A DNA stretch of 63,660 nucleotides from Candidatus Saccharimonadales bacterium. GTDB lineage: Bacteria; Chloroflexota; Limnocylindria; P2-11E. The number at the start of each line of letters is the position of its first letter. The first letter of the stretch is position 1. A model generated the notes under the pieces. The model saw only the letters and a list, made by a program, of their open reading frames with translations. It made no database searches and was not told where the DNA came from. A program made the translations under genes and the position numbers. The stretch spans positions 1 to 63,660 of the forward strand of contig DATJHW010000097.1 in NCBI GenBank assembly GCA_035493615.1. The letters are read 5' to 3'. This document shows, piece by piece, positions 38,700 through 47,262 of the stretch.

Positions 38700-39724
38700 G
38701 CCTCGAGCGGATCAAGGCGGTCGTCGACGCGGCCGCGGGCACCCTGTTCACCGCGTGCGTCGTCCGGACCGAGCAGAAGGGCCGCGTCGAGTCCTACGCC
38801 GCCGGAACGCTCTGTCCCGACCCGAGCGCCCCACCCGACGCGCCGTGCTCGACGGAGACGATCTTCGATCTCGCGTCGCTCACGAAGCTCGCGACCACTG
38901 CACTGCTGCTGTCGTTCGTACGCGAGCGCGCCCTCACGCTGGACACGCCGCTCCGCGACCTCGTCCCCGACTTCCGTGGTGGCCGGAAGGACGAGGTCAG
39001 CCTCCGGCACGTGCTGACCCACACCGCCGGCCTCAAATGGTGGCTGCCGCTCTGGCAGGAGGTCCACTCGATCGAGGAGGCCGTGTGGCGAGCGGCGCAG
39101 GAGCCGCTCGCGCAGGACCTCGGCACGTTCACGTACAGCGACCTCGGCTACATCATGCTGACCGACGGGCTCGCGAACGCGGGCGGCGGCGCCTTCGACG
39201 AGCTCGTCGCCGAACGCGTGACCGGACCGATCGATGCCCGCACGATCGGATACCGGCCGCGCGAACCGGATCGGTGTGCCGCGACCGAGCTCGACGCGTC
39301 CGGCGAACGCGGGCGCATTCGAGGCACCGTCCACGACGAGAACGCGCACGCGATGGGGGGGATCGCCGGACATGCCGGGCTGTTCGGCACCGCCGGCGAC
39401 GTCGCCGCGCTCGCGCGGATCTTCCGTGACGGGGCGGTCATCGGGAACGACCTCGCGGCGCTCGCGCGGACCGAGCACGCGAAGGCCGAGAACGTGCGGC
39501 GCGGCCTCGGCCTCGCGCTCCGCGCGCCGAAGGGGCCGATGACGAGCGAGCACTGGAGCCTGGACAGCTACGGGCACACCGGATTCACCGGCACATCGCT
39601 CTGGGTCGACCCGTCGGTCGATCTGGAGGTCGTGCTCCTCACGAACCGTGTGTACTTCGGCCGGGCGAACGACGACGCGATGTACCGGTTCCGCATCGCC
39701 GTGCACGAGGCGGCGTACGGGTGA
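38696..39724 (+). CDS. serine hydrolase (beta-lactamase/class C-like, PBP4*/esterase family)
   Basis: C-terminal part of ORF 37634..39724. ASLTK (SxxK), YSDLGY and HTGFTG motifs. The only start candidate near the conserved N-terminus is CTG 38696 (CTGA overlap). The nearest canonical start, GTG 38564, would give a 136-nt overlap. Confidence 0.78.
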   Translation: MSLERIKAVVDAAAGTLFTACVVRTEQKGRVESYAAGTLCPDPSAPPDAPCSTETIFDLASLTKLATTALLLSFVRERALTLDTPLRDLVPDFRGGRKDEVSLRHVLTHTAGLKWWLPLWQEVHSIEEAVWRAAQEPLAQDLGTFTYSDLGYIMLTDGLANAGGGAFDELVAERVTGPIDARTIGYRPREPDRCAATELDASGERGRIRGTVHDENAHAMGGIAGHAGLFGTAGDVAALARIFRDGAVIGNDLAALARTEHAKAENVRRGLGLALRAPKGPMTSEHWSLDSYGHTGFTGTSLWVDPSVDLEVVLLTNRVYFGRANDDAMYRFRIAVHEAAYG

Positions 39725-40809
39725 TCGCGATCGGGATCATGTCCGGCACGTCGGCCGACGGCATGGACGCCGCGGCCATCGAGCTCGGTGCCGGGCCGCA
39801 GCCGAGGATCACGCTCCTCGCCCACGTCGCGCGCGACCACCCGGATAGCCTCCGGTACCGGATCCTCGCGGCCGGCTCCGGCGCGCCGCTGCCCGCGCAC
39901 GACATCGCGGTCCTGCACGCCGAGCTCGGCACGGCGTACGCGTCGCTCGCGCGCGAGATCGTCACGGTCCTCGGCCGCCAGCCGGAGTGCGTCGCGGTCC
40001 ATGGCCAGACGATCGCGCACTATCCCGCCGAGCACGCCACTCTTCAGATCGGCGATGCCTCGCGCGTCGCCCTCGAGATCGGCGTCCCGGCCATCGACGA
40101 CTTCCGGAGCGCCGACGTCGCCCTCGGTGGCCAGGGTGCGCCGCTCGTGCCGTTCGCCGATCACCTGCTGTTCGCGTCGCAGGCGCCGGTCGCGGTGCTC
40201 AACCTCGGCGGCATCGCGAACGTGACGCTCATCCCGACCGATCGGGCGGAGGACACCAGCGCATTCGATACCGGGCCGGGGAACATGGTCATCGACCAGC
40301 TCGCGCGCAAGGGCGGCAACGAGCTCGATCGCGACGGCGCCGCCGCGGCGCGCGGTCACGTGCACGAGGGCGCCCTGGCGAAGGCGCTCGCGCACCCGTA
40401 CTTCGCGCGGCCGGCACCCAAGTCCACCGGGCGCGAGGAATTCGGCGCGCCGTTCGCCCAGCAGCTCCTCACCGACGTGAAGGCGAGCGGCGGATCGCTG
40501 GACGACGCCATCGCGACCGCGACGGCGCTCACCGCGGAAACCGTCGCGCGCGCGCTCGCCGATGGACCGTGGCGCGAGCTCATCATCGCCGGCGGCGGCG
40601 CGCGCAACGCGACGCTCGTCGATCGGCTGCGCGCTCGCACGCGGCTGCCGGTCCGCCTCACCGACGAGCTCGGGATCCCCTCGGAGGCGCGCGAAGCCGT
40701 CGCCTTCGCGATACTCGGCGCGTACCGCCTGCGCGGCGAGCCGAACACGCTGCCGCGGTGCACCGGCGCATCGCGTGCGGTGTCGGCGGGCGCGATCCAT
40801 CGGCCGTGA
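39721..40809 (+). CDS. anmK: anhydro-N-acetylmuramic acid kinase
   Basis: 362 aa. GIMSGTSADGMD N-terminus, NLGGIAN, DTGPGN and GGGARN motifs. GTGA overlap with the upstream stop. Confidence 0.9.
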   Translation: MIAIGIMSGTSADGMDAAAIELGAGPQPRITLLAHVARDHPDSLRYRILAAGSGAPLPAHDIAVLHAELGTAYASLAREIVTVLGRQPECVAVHGQTIAHYPAEHATLQIGDASRVALEIGVPAIDDFRSADVALGGQGAPLVPFADHLLFASQAPVAVLNLGGIANVTLIPTDRAEDTSAFDTGPGNMVIDQLARKGGNELDRDGAAAARGHVHEGALAKALAHPYFARPAPKSTGREEFGAPFAQQLLTDVKASGGSLDDAIATATALTAETVARALADGPWRELIIAGGGARNATLVDRLRARTRLPVRLTDELGIPSEAREAVAFAILGAYRLRGEPNTLPRCTGASRAVSAGAIHRP

Positions 40810-40828
40810 CGCGGCCATACTCCAGCTC

Positions 40829-41737
40829 ATGAACGACCTCGTCGTCGGCATGGACGCCGGTGGCACGAAGACCTGCGCGTTCGCCGTGACCCGCGCCGGC
40901 GAGATCGTCGGCCGTGGCGCTGGCGGCGGCGCGAACCTGCTCTCATCACCCGACCCGCACGGCTCGATCGCGGCCGCGCTGCGCGAGGCGCTCGCCGGCC
41001 GCATCCCCGACGCGGTCGTGCTGTCGTGCGCGGGCGGCGAGCGCGAGGCGGATCGCGCGAAGGGCCGCGCGATCCTCGCGTCCCTCCTCGGCCCCGACGT
41101 CGCCGTGGACGTGACGCACGACGCGAAGGCCGCGCTGTACGCGGGTAATCCCGCCGGATGCGGCGTCGTGCTCATCAGCGGAACGGGCTCGATCGCGTAC
41201 GGCCGGAACGATCAGGGGGTCGAGGCGCGGTGCGGCGGCTGGGGTTACCTCGTGGGCGACGAGGGCTCGGCGGTGTGGATCGGGCAGGAGGGACTGCGCG
41301 CCGCGTCCTATGACCACGACGGCCGCGGTTCGCCCACCGCGATCAGCCGACACCTGTTCGAGGATCTCGGGGCCACCGATTTCAACGACGTGCTGCCGCT
41401 CCTGTACACCAAGCCGCATCCGTCGCCGGCGATCCTGGCGGCGACGAGGGCGGTCGCGCGTGCGTTCGCCCTGGGCGACGGCATCGCGGTCAACATCGTC
41501 CAGCGGGGCGCCCGGTCGCTCGCGGACATGGCCGCGACGGTCGCGCGCGAGCTGTCCCTCGAGAGCGGCCCGATCTACCTGGCCGGCGGTGCCTTCGAGA
41601 ACGTGCGGCCGCTCGAGAAGGCGGTCCGCCTTGAGCTGCTCGGCGCGCTGCCGCGCGCCGCGGTCGAGCCGGTCGGCGAAGAACCGGCGATGGGCGCCGC
41701 GCGGCTCGCGGCGGCGCTGGCGTGGCCCGCGGCATGA
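40829..41737 (+). CDS. N-acetylglucosamine kinase family ATPase (BadF/BadG/BcrA/BcrD type)
   Basis: ORF 40562..41737 trimmed to ATG 40829. GMDAGGTKT, ISGTGSIAYG and GWGYLVGDEGSA motifs. Confidence 0.8.
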   Translation: MNDLVVGMDAGGTKTCAFAVTRAGEIVGRGAGGGANLLSSPDPHGSIAAALREALAGRIPDAVVLSCAGGEREADRAKGRAILASLLGPDVAVDVTHDAKAALYAGNPAGCGVVLISGTGSIAYGRNDQGVEARCGGWGYLVGDEGSAVWIGQEGLRAASYDHDGRGSPTAISRHLFEDLGATDFNDVLPLLYTKPHPSPAILAATRAVARAFALGDGIAVNIVQRGARSLADMAATVARELSLESGPIYLAGGAFENVRPLEKAVRLELLGALPRAAVEPVGEEPAMGAARLAAALAWPAA

Positions 41738-42543
41738 CCGAGCTCCCGGGCACGGAGCGGCGCAACCCGAAGGCGGCCGCACTCGCACGGATGTCGACCC
41801 TCGAGATCCTGGAGCTCATGAACGCCGAGGACGCGACCGTTCCCGTGGCCGTGCACGCGGCCCTCCCCGATATCGCGCGCGCCACCGACGCGATCGCCGC
41901 GGCATTCACGGCCGGCGGCCGGCTCCGGTACGTGGGCGCCGGCACGAGCGGGCGGCTCGGGGTCCTCGACGCCAGCGAGGCACCGCCGACATTCGGCGTC
42001 GATCCCGACCTCGTGCACGGGGCGATCGCGGGCGGCGATGTCGCCCTGCGGACGTCGGTCGAGGGAGCGGAGGACGATCCGCTCACGGGCGAGCGCGAGA
42101 TCGTGCGCATCGCGCGGCCGGGGGACGTCGTCGTCGGGCTATCGGCCAGCGGCTCGGCGCGCTACGTGGTCGCCGCGATGAAGGCCGCCCGCGCGCTCGG
42201 CGCGGTCACCGCGTGCGTGACCTGTGTGCGGGGCTCCGCGCTCGCGGACGCGGTCGAGCTGCCGATCGTGGTCGAGGTCGGCCCGGAGATCATCGCCGGC
42301 TCGAGCCGGCTGAAGGCGGGCACCGCGACGAAGCTCGTGCTCAACATGCTGTCGACCGCGGCGATGGTCCGCAGCGGCCGGACAAAGGGCGACCTGATGA
42401 TCGACCTCCGGCCGACGAACGCGAAGCTCCGATCGCGCGCGATCCGGATGGTGCGCGACGAGCTCGGCGTGGACGAGGACGCGGCGCGAGAGAAGCTCGA
42501 GGCGAGCGGCTGGAGCGTGCGCCGCGCGATCGACGCAAGATGA
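41734..42543 (+). CDS. murQ: N-acetylmuramic acid 6-phosphate etherase
   Basis: ATG 41734 (ATGA overlap). GAGTSGRLGVLDASE, SASG and SSRLKAGTATKLVLNMLST motifs. Confidence 0.9.
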   Translation: MTELPGTERRNPKAAALARMSTLEILELMNAEDATVPVAVHAALPDIARATDAIAAAFTAGGRLRYVGAGTSGRLGVLDASEAPPTFGVDPDLVHGAIAGGDVALRTSVEGAEDDPLTGEREIVRIARPGDVVVGLSASGSARYVVAAMKAARALGAVTACVTCVRGSALADAVELPIVVEVGPEIIAGSSRLKAGTATKLVLNMLSTAAMVRSGRTKGDLMIDLRPTNAKLRSRAIRMVRDELGVDEDAAREKLEASGWSVRRAIDAR

Positions 42544-43304
42544 AGCGGCTCATCGTCAACGCCGACGACTTCGGTCGCGCGCGCGGCATCAACCGCGGCG
42601 TGCTGCGCGCCCATCGCGACGGCATCGTCACGGCGACGACCCTCATGGTCGGCGCGCCCGCGAGCGAGGATGCCGGACGCGCGGCACAGGAGGCGCCGTC
42701 GCTCGACGTCGGGGTGCACCTCACCTTGACCTACGGCCGGCCGGTCTCGGATCCGGCCTCGGTCCGCTCGCTCGTCGAGCGCGACGGCTCCTTCCCCCGC
42801 GGCCCGGACGCGTTCCTCGGCACGGGCCGAGCGGACCGCGACGAGGCGCTCGCCGAGTATCGCGCCCAGCTCGGGCGCGCCCGGACGTTGCTCGGCCGCG
42901 CCCCCACGCATCTCGACTCGCACCACTGGCTGCACGACGAGCCGGCCCTCGAGTGGGCGATCACCACGCTCGCGCGCGAGACCGGCATGCCCGTACGCCC
43001 GCACGACGACGCGCAGCGTGACCGGCTGCGGGCGGCGGGCGTGCGGACGGTCGACCACTACCGCCGTGATTTCCAGCACGAGGGTCACGTCGATATCGCG
43101 TCGCTCGAGCGGATCCTCGGTGATCTCGGCGACGGCGTGACCGAGCTCGGCTGTCATCCCGGCGAGCCCGACGCGCAGCTCGCGGCGACGTCGACGTACG
43201 CGTCGCTCCGGTCGGATGAGCTCGCGACGCTGACCGACCCGCGCGCGAAGGCCGCGATCGCCCGGAACGGCATCACCCTCACCGGCTACGCGGTGCTGCG
43301 ATGA
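42540..43304 (+). CDS. ChbG/HpnK (YdjC-like) carbohydrate deacetylase
   Basis: 254 aa from ATG 42540 (ATGA overlap). IVNADDFGRARGINRGV, HLTL and HLDSHHWLH motifs. Confidence 0.85.
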   Translation: MKRLIVNADDFGRARGINRGVLRAHRDGIVTATTLMVGAPASEDAGRAAQEAPSLDVGVHLTLTYGRPVSDPASVRSLVERDGSFPRGPDAFLGTGRADRDEALAEYRAQLGRARTLLGRAPTHLDSHHWLHDEPALEWAITTLARETGMPVRPHDDAQRDRLRAAGVRTVDHYRRDFQHEGHVDIASLERILGDLGDGVTELGCHPGEPDAQLAATSTYASLRSDELATLTDPRAKAAIARNGITLTGYAVLR

Positions 43305-44242
43305 CGTTCGCGAAGTCGCTCTGGGTCGTCCGGGACCGGATCACGACGAAGCAGGCGATCGACGATCTCCTGGCCGACAGCGTCGGCTGGAACATCCGCG
43401 ATCTCGTGGTGCAGGTGCGCGGCCGTGGCGATGCGTACTACACGAGCGCGCTCGAGCCGCGCGCGGAGACGATCGCCGATCCCACGCTCGACCCGCTCGC
43501 GCACCTCGTACGCGGCGCTGCGGCCGTCGGCGTGCGGATCCACGCCTGGGCCAACGGGACGTTCGTGTGGTCGAGCGCGACCGGCGCGCTGCCCCGATCT
43601 GCCGAACACATCGTGCACGCGCATCCAGACTGGCTGCTCCGGCCCGACGGCGTGAAATACCTCGACCCGGTGGGCGGCAGCGACTGGGAGGGCATCTACA
43701 TCGACCCGACCGTCGCGGCGGCTCGCGAGCACACGGTCGACGTGTTCGCGGACATCGTGCGCCAGTACCCCGTGGAGGGCTTCCACCACGACTACATCCG
43801 CTACCCGCAGGCCACGTACGCGGCCTCGCCCGACGACCACGCGGCGGTCACCGCGCTCGTGCGGGCCACGACCGCGCGGCTCCGCGCGCTGCGGCCCGGG
43901 ATCGTGATCTCCGCCGCCGTCTTCCCCGATCCGACCGTCGCGCGCGAGCGGGTCCTGCAGCGATGGCCCGAATGGGTGCGGGAGAAGCTCATCGACCTCG
44001 TCTGTCCGATGGCGTACCGGACCGATACCGCGGAGGTCGCACGGCTGCTCCGCGCCGCGCGCGCCGCGGCGCCGGACGCGCGCGTCTGGGGTGGCCTGAT
44101 GGCGTACGCCCACGAGCGCGAACGCGTGCGCGACCAGGTGCGCGCCGCGCGCGACGCCGGGTGCGACGGGGCCATCCTGTTCGCCTACGACCCCGCGATG
44201 CGCGACGTGATCGACGCGTTCGCGGCGGAAGCGGAACGGTAG
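43301..44242 (+). CDS. glycoside hydrolase-like family 10 (GHL10/DUF187, YngK-like) protein
   Basis: 313 aa, ATGA overlap. RIHAW, GFHHDYIRYP and CPMAY motifs of the TIM-barrel GHL10 family. Confidence 0.72.
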   Translation: MTFAKSLWVVRDRITTKQAIDDLLADSVGWNIRDLVVQVRGRGDAYYTSALEPRAETIADPTLDPLAHLVRGAAAVGVRIHAWANGTFVWSSATGALPRSAEHIVHAHPDWLLRPDGVKYLDPVGGSDWEGIYIDPTVAAAREHTVDVFADIVRQYPVEGFHHDYIRYPQATYAASPDDHAAVTALVRATTARLRALRPGIVISAAVFPDPTVARERVLQRWPEWVREKLIDLVCPMAYRTDTAEVARLLRAARAAAPDARVWGGLMAYAHERERVRDQVRAARDAGCDGAILFAYDPAMRDVIDAFAAEAER

Positions 44243-44292
44243 CGAAGCCCGCTCCGATCACAGTACGTTCGTCCTATGTACGGACCGGAGGC

Positions 44293-44793
44293 GTGCGCCG
44301 ATACCATCTACGGGTGCGGGAATCGGTCAAGGACACGACGCCGGCGGTGCCGCAGCAGCTGCCGCCTGATCCGCTCGCGAGCGCCGTCGCGCGTTCGGTG
44401 AGCGACCTTCGCCACTCGGCGGGTCTCTCCGAGCGTGCCGCGGCGCGCAAGCTCGGCACCTCGCAGACGCAGCTTCGGCGGATGGAGGACCCGCGCTACC
44501 TTCCATCGCTCCGCTCGCTGGCGCGGCTCGCGACGGTCTACGGCTACGAGCTGCGGGTCGACTTCGCGCAGAAGGGCGCGGCGGTCCCGGTCGAACGGGC
44601 CTCGCGGGGCGCCGGCGCGCAGAAAGCCGCGGCCGGACGCGCGAAAGCCGCACCGGCGAAACCGAAGTCCGCGCCGCGCAAGCGCGCTAGCGGGTCCGCG
44701 TCACCTTCGAAAGCCCGCGCGGCCGCTCCACGTCGCGGCCGCGCCGCCGCGCGAGCGCGAGCGCGACGAGCTGCGCCACGACGGCGAAGCTGA
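44293..44793 (+). CDS. XRE-family HTH protein with Lys/Ala/Pro-rich basic tail
   Basis: C-terminal part of ORF 43567..44793. GTG 44293 or 44314. HTH LRHSAGLSERAAARKLGTSQTQLRRMEDPRYLPSLRSLARLATVYGYEL. Tail KAAAGRAKAAPAKPKSAPRKRA... The 3' 107 nt overlap the convergent SIS gene. Confidence 0.68.
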   Translation: MRRYHLRVRESVKDTTPAVPQQLPPDPLASAVARSVSDLRHSAGLSERAAARKLGTSQTQLRRMEDPRYLPSLRSLARLATVYGYELRVDFAQKGAAVPVERASRGAGAQKAAAGRAKAAPAKPKSAPRKRASGSASPSKARAAAPRRGRAAARARARRAAPRRRS

Positions 44794-45718
44794 TCGGCGT
44801 GAGCGCCTCCGACAGCGGGGCGCCCAGCAGCACGGCATCATCCGCGAGCTCGGCCAACCCCGCGTCGTTCGTCACCGCGTAGACCGACGCACCCTTCGCC
44901 TGCAGCGTCCGCGACAGGGCGCGCGCCTCGGCCTGCGCCGCGCCGCGCGCGCTGAACAGGAGGACCGGGACACCCGACTCGAGCAGGGCGATCGGTCCGT
45001 GCGCGAAGTCCGCGCTCGAGTACGGCTCCGCCCAGACCTGCGCGAGCTCCTTGATCTTGAGCGCTGCCTCGAGCGCGGTCGCGTACTCGTAGCCGCGACC
45101 GAGGATCACGATCGCCCGGGCCTTCCCGATCTTGCGGGCGATCCGGTCCGCCGCCCGCTCGGTGGCCTCGGCCTCGGTGACGCTGTCGACCAGGCCGGCC
45201 AGCGACAGGGCGCTTCGGCCTCTCGACTCGGCGGCGTTCGCCGCGAGAAGGGCCAGGGCGACGCAGGTCGCGGTGTAGGTCTTCGTCGCCGCCACCGAGC
45301 GCTCGGGGCCGCAGCGAAGGAGGAACGTTTCGGCCGCCGTTCGGGCCAGGAGCGATCCGGCCTTGTTGGTGATGGCGACCGTCGGCGCGCGCACGGCCCG
45401 CGCCTCTGCCAGGACGGCAGCCACGTCGGGGGCTGCGCCGGACTGGGAGATGCCGATGACCGCTCCCCGGGCGAAGCTCGGCGGCATGCGGTAGCGGGTC
45501 ACGAGGGACGGCGCGGCGAGGGCCGTGACGACGCCGGCCAGGCTTTCGAACAAGTACTTCCCGTAGGTCGCGGCGTTGTCCGACGATCCGCGGGCGGCGA
45601 TCGTCAGGTGCTCGGCCGCCGCGAGCGGCCGGGCCAGGGTCCGGGCCTCGGGCCAGCCGGCCTCGAGGAGCCGGGCGACGACCCTGGGCTGCTCGGCGAT
45701 CTCCGATCGAAGCGACAT
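44687..45718 (-). CDS. SIS-domain sugar isomerase/deaminase (GlmS isomerase-domain-like; NagB-II/AgaS type)
   Basis: 343 aa. Two SIS modules (ARGSSDNAA, GISQSGAAPD, LGRGYEY). C-terminal PRGLSKVT resembles the GlmS tail. Confidence 0.85.
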   Translation of the reverse strand: MSLRSEIAEQPRVVARLLEAGWPEARTLARPLAAAEHLTIAARGSSDNAATYGKYLFESLAGVVTALAAPSLVTRYRMPPSFARGAVIGISQSGAAPDVAAVLAEARAVRAPTVAITNKAGSLLARTAAETFLLRCGPERSVAATKTYTATCVALALLAANAAESRGRSALSLAGLVDSVTEAEATERAADRIARKIGKARAIVILGRGYEYATALEAALKIKELAQVWAEPYSSADFAHGPIALLESGVPVLLFSARGAAQAEARALSRTLQAKGASVYAVTNDAGLAELADDAVLLGAPLSEALTPISFAVVAQLVALALARRRGRDVERPRGLSKVTRTR

Positions 45719-45837
45719 GGCTGGAGGCTAACGGCCGGCCCCTAGTACCTCTCTCCTACTTGTCGGCTCCCTGCCGACGGACGAGCATCGACCTCTCACC
45801 TTTCTCCGCGGGCGGCACAAAGAAGGAAGGGCAATCC

Positions 45838-46533
45838 GTGGCGATCCTTGCTTCCAGAACATCACGGCCGGTGCGTTGGCGGCGCAATCTGCGCGCCGCG
45901 TGCTTCTGGCTTGCCCTCGCGCTCGGCACGTCGGCCGTCTCGAAGGAGCTCGCCGGTCCGCTCTTCTACGTCCTCGCGGTCCCGCCGTTCGCGCTCGCGA
46001 TCCGTGAGGCGATCCGTGCGCTGGGCGCGCGTTCCAGCGGCATCGTCGCCGAGCGCGTGACCGATCAGCTCTCCGCGGCTCTCGGTCCCGAGTACGTCGT
46101 CCTCACCGAGTACCCGCCGCGCGATGGCGGCGCGGTCGTGCCGATCATCGTGGTCGGCCCGTCGGGCATCTCCGCGATCGAGCCGCTCGGCGACGACGCG
46201 AAGTACGGCTGCTACAACGACGGCTGGCACCGCGTCGATCCGCAGGGGCTCCGTCATCTGGCCGACTCACCATCGCGCCGCGCACGCGAGGACGCGACAC
46301 GCGTGCGCACCGACATCTCCGGCGGCGGTCACATCCGCACCAAGGTCGACGCGTATGTGCTCATCGAGCGCGGCGTCGGCGATGACTGCGCGAGCTCGAC
46401 CGTTCCCGTGGTGTGCGGCGTCGAGGCGCTCGCCGAGCGACTGCGCTCACGCGCACCCCGGTCCGAGGCGTCGGCGCGTCACGTGCAGGCCGTCGCCGAT
46501 GCGCTCACGAGGCCGCTGGCGGTCGCGAGCTAG
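45838..46533 (+). CDS. NERD (nuclease-related domain)-like protein with N-terminal membrane segments
   Basis: ORF 45760..46533 trimmed to GTG 45838, which has GAAGGAAGG 8 nt upstream. Two N-terminal hydrophobic helices, then YVVLTEYPP..VPIIVVGPSGISAIEP...GWHRV, consistent with a NERD core. Confidence 0.6.
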   Translation: MAILASRTSRPVRWRRNLRAACFWLALALGTSAVSKELAGPLFYVLAVPPFALAIREAIRALGARSSGIVAERVTDQLSAALGPEYVVLTEYPPRDGGAVVPIIVVGPSGISAIEPLGDDAKYGCYNDGWHRVDPQGLRHLADSPSRRAREDATRVRTDISGGGHIRTKVDAYVLIERGVGDDCASSTVPVVCGVEALAERLRSRAPRSEASARHVQAVADALTRPLAVAS

Positions 46534-46577
46534 CGACCCTCGCCGTCGCGGCGGGTGCCGGACCTAGCATTCGCAGC

Positions 46578-47255
46578 GTGAGCGGCACTCGCGTCGTGGT
46601 CGTCGAAGATGATCCCTCCGTCGCTGAGCTCGTCACGCTCTATCTCAAGAACGCCGGATTCGTCGTGGAGCACTGCGCGACCGCGGCCGAGGCCCGCGCG
46701 GCATTCGCCCTTGGCGCGCCGGCGTGCGTGGTGCTGGACCTCGGCCTTCCGGACGCCGACGGGCTCGAGCTGTTCGCCGAGCTCCGACGGATGCACGACT
46801 CCCCGGTCGTCGCGCTCACCGCGCGGGCCGAGGATGTCGAGAAGGTGACCGGGCTGGACGCCGGGCTCGACGACTACCTCACCAAGCCGTTCAACCCACG
46901 CGAGCTCGTGGCGCGCGTGCACGCGGTCATGCGCCGGGCGACCGGAAGCGGCGGGACGCGGCCGCTCGAGATCGGGAACCTGCTGCTCGATCCGGCGAGG
47001 CACGAGGTGATCGTCGACGGGCAGCCGGTCGCGCTGCGGGCCAAGGAGTTCGAGCTGCTCGAGGCGTTCTGCCGGCAGCCGGGCATCGTGCTCACACGCG
47101 ACAAGCTTCTCGAGAACGTCTGGGGTTTCGCGTACCCCGGTGAGACGCGGACGGTCGACGTCCACGTGAAGCAGCTTCGCGACAAGCTCGCTGCCGCGAG
47201 CGCGAAGATCGAGACCGTGTGGGGCGTGGGATATAAGCTCGTCCCGCCCGCCTGA
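46578..47255 (+). CDS. OmpR/PhoB-type response regulator
   Basis: ORF 46413..47255 trimmed to GTG 46578. Receiver domain (VVVVEDD, VVLDLGLPDADG, LTARA, DDYLTKPF) plus a winged-helix domain (LTRDKLLENVW...VDVHVKQLRDKL). Confidence 0.9.
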   Translation: MSGTRVVVVEDDPSVAELVTLYLKNAGFVVEHCATAAEARAAFALGAPACVVLDLGLPDADGLELFAELRRMHDSPVVALTARAEDVEKVTGLDAGLDDYLTKPFNPRELVARVHAVMRRATGSGGTRPLEIGNLLLDPARHEVIVDGQPVALRAKEFELLEAFCRQPGIVLTRDKLLENVWGFAYPGETRTVDVHVKQLRDKLAAASAKIETVWGVGYKLVPPA

Positions 47256-47262
47256 GCTGACC

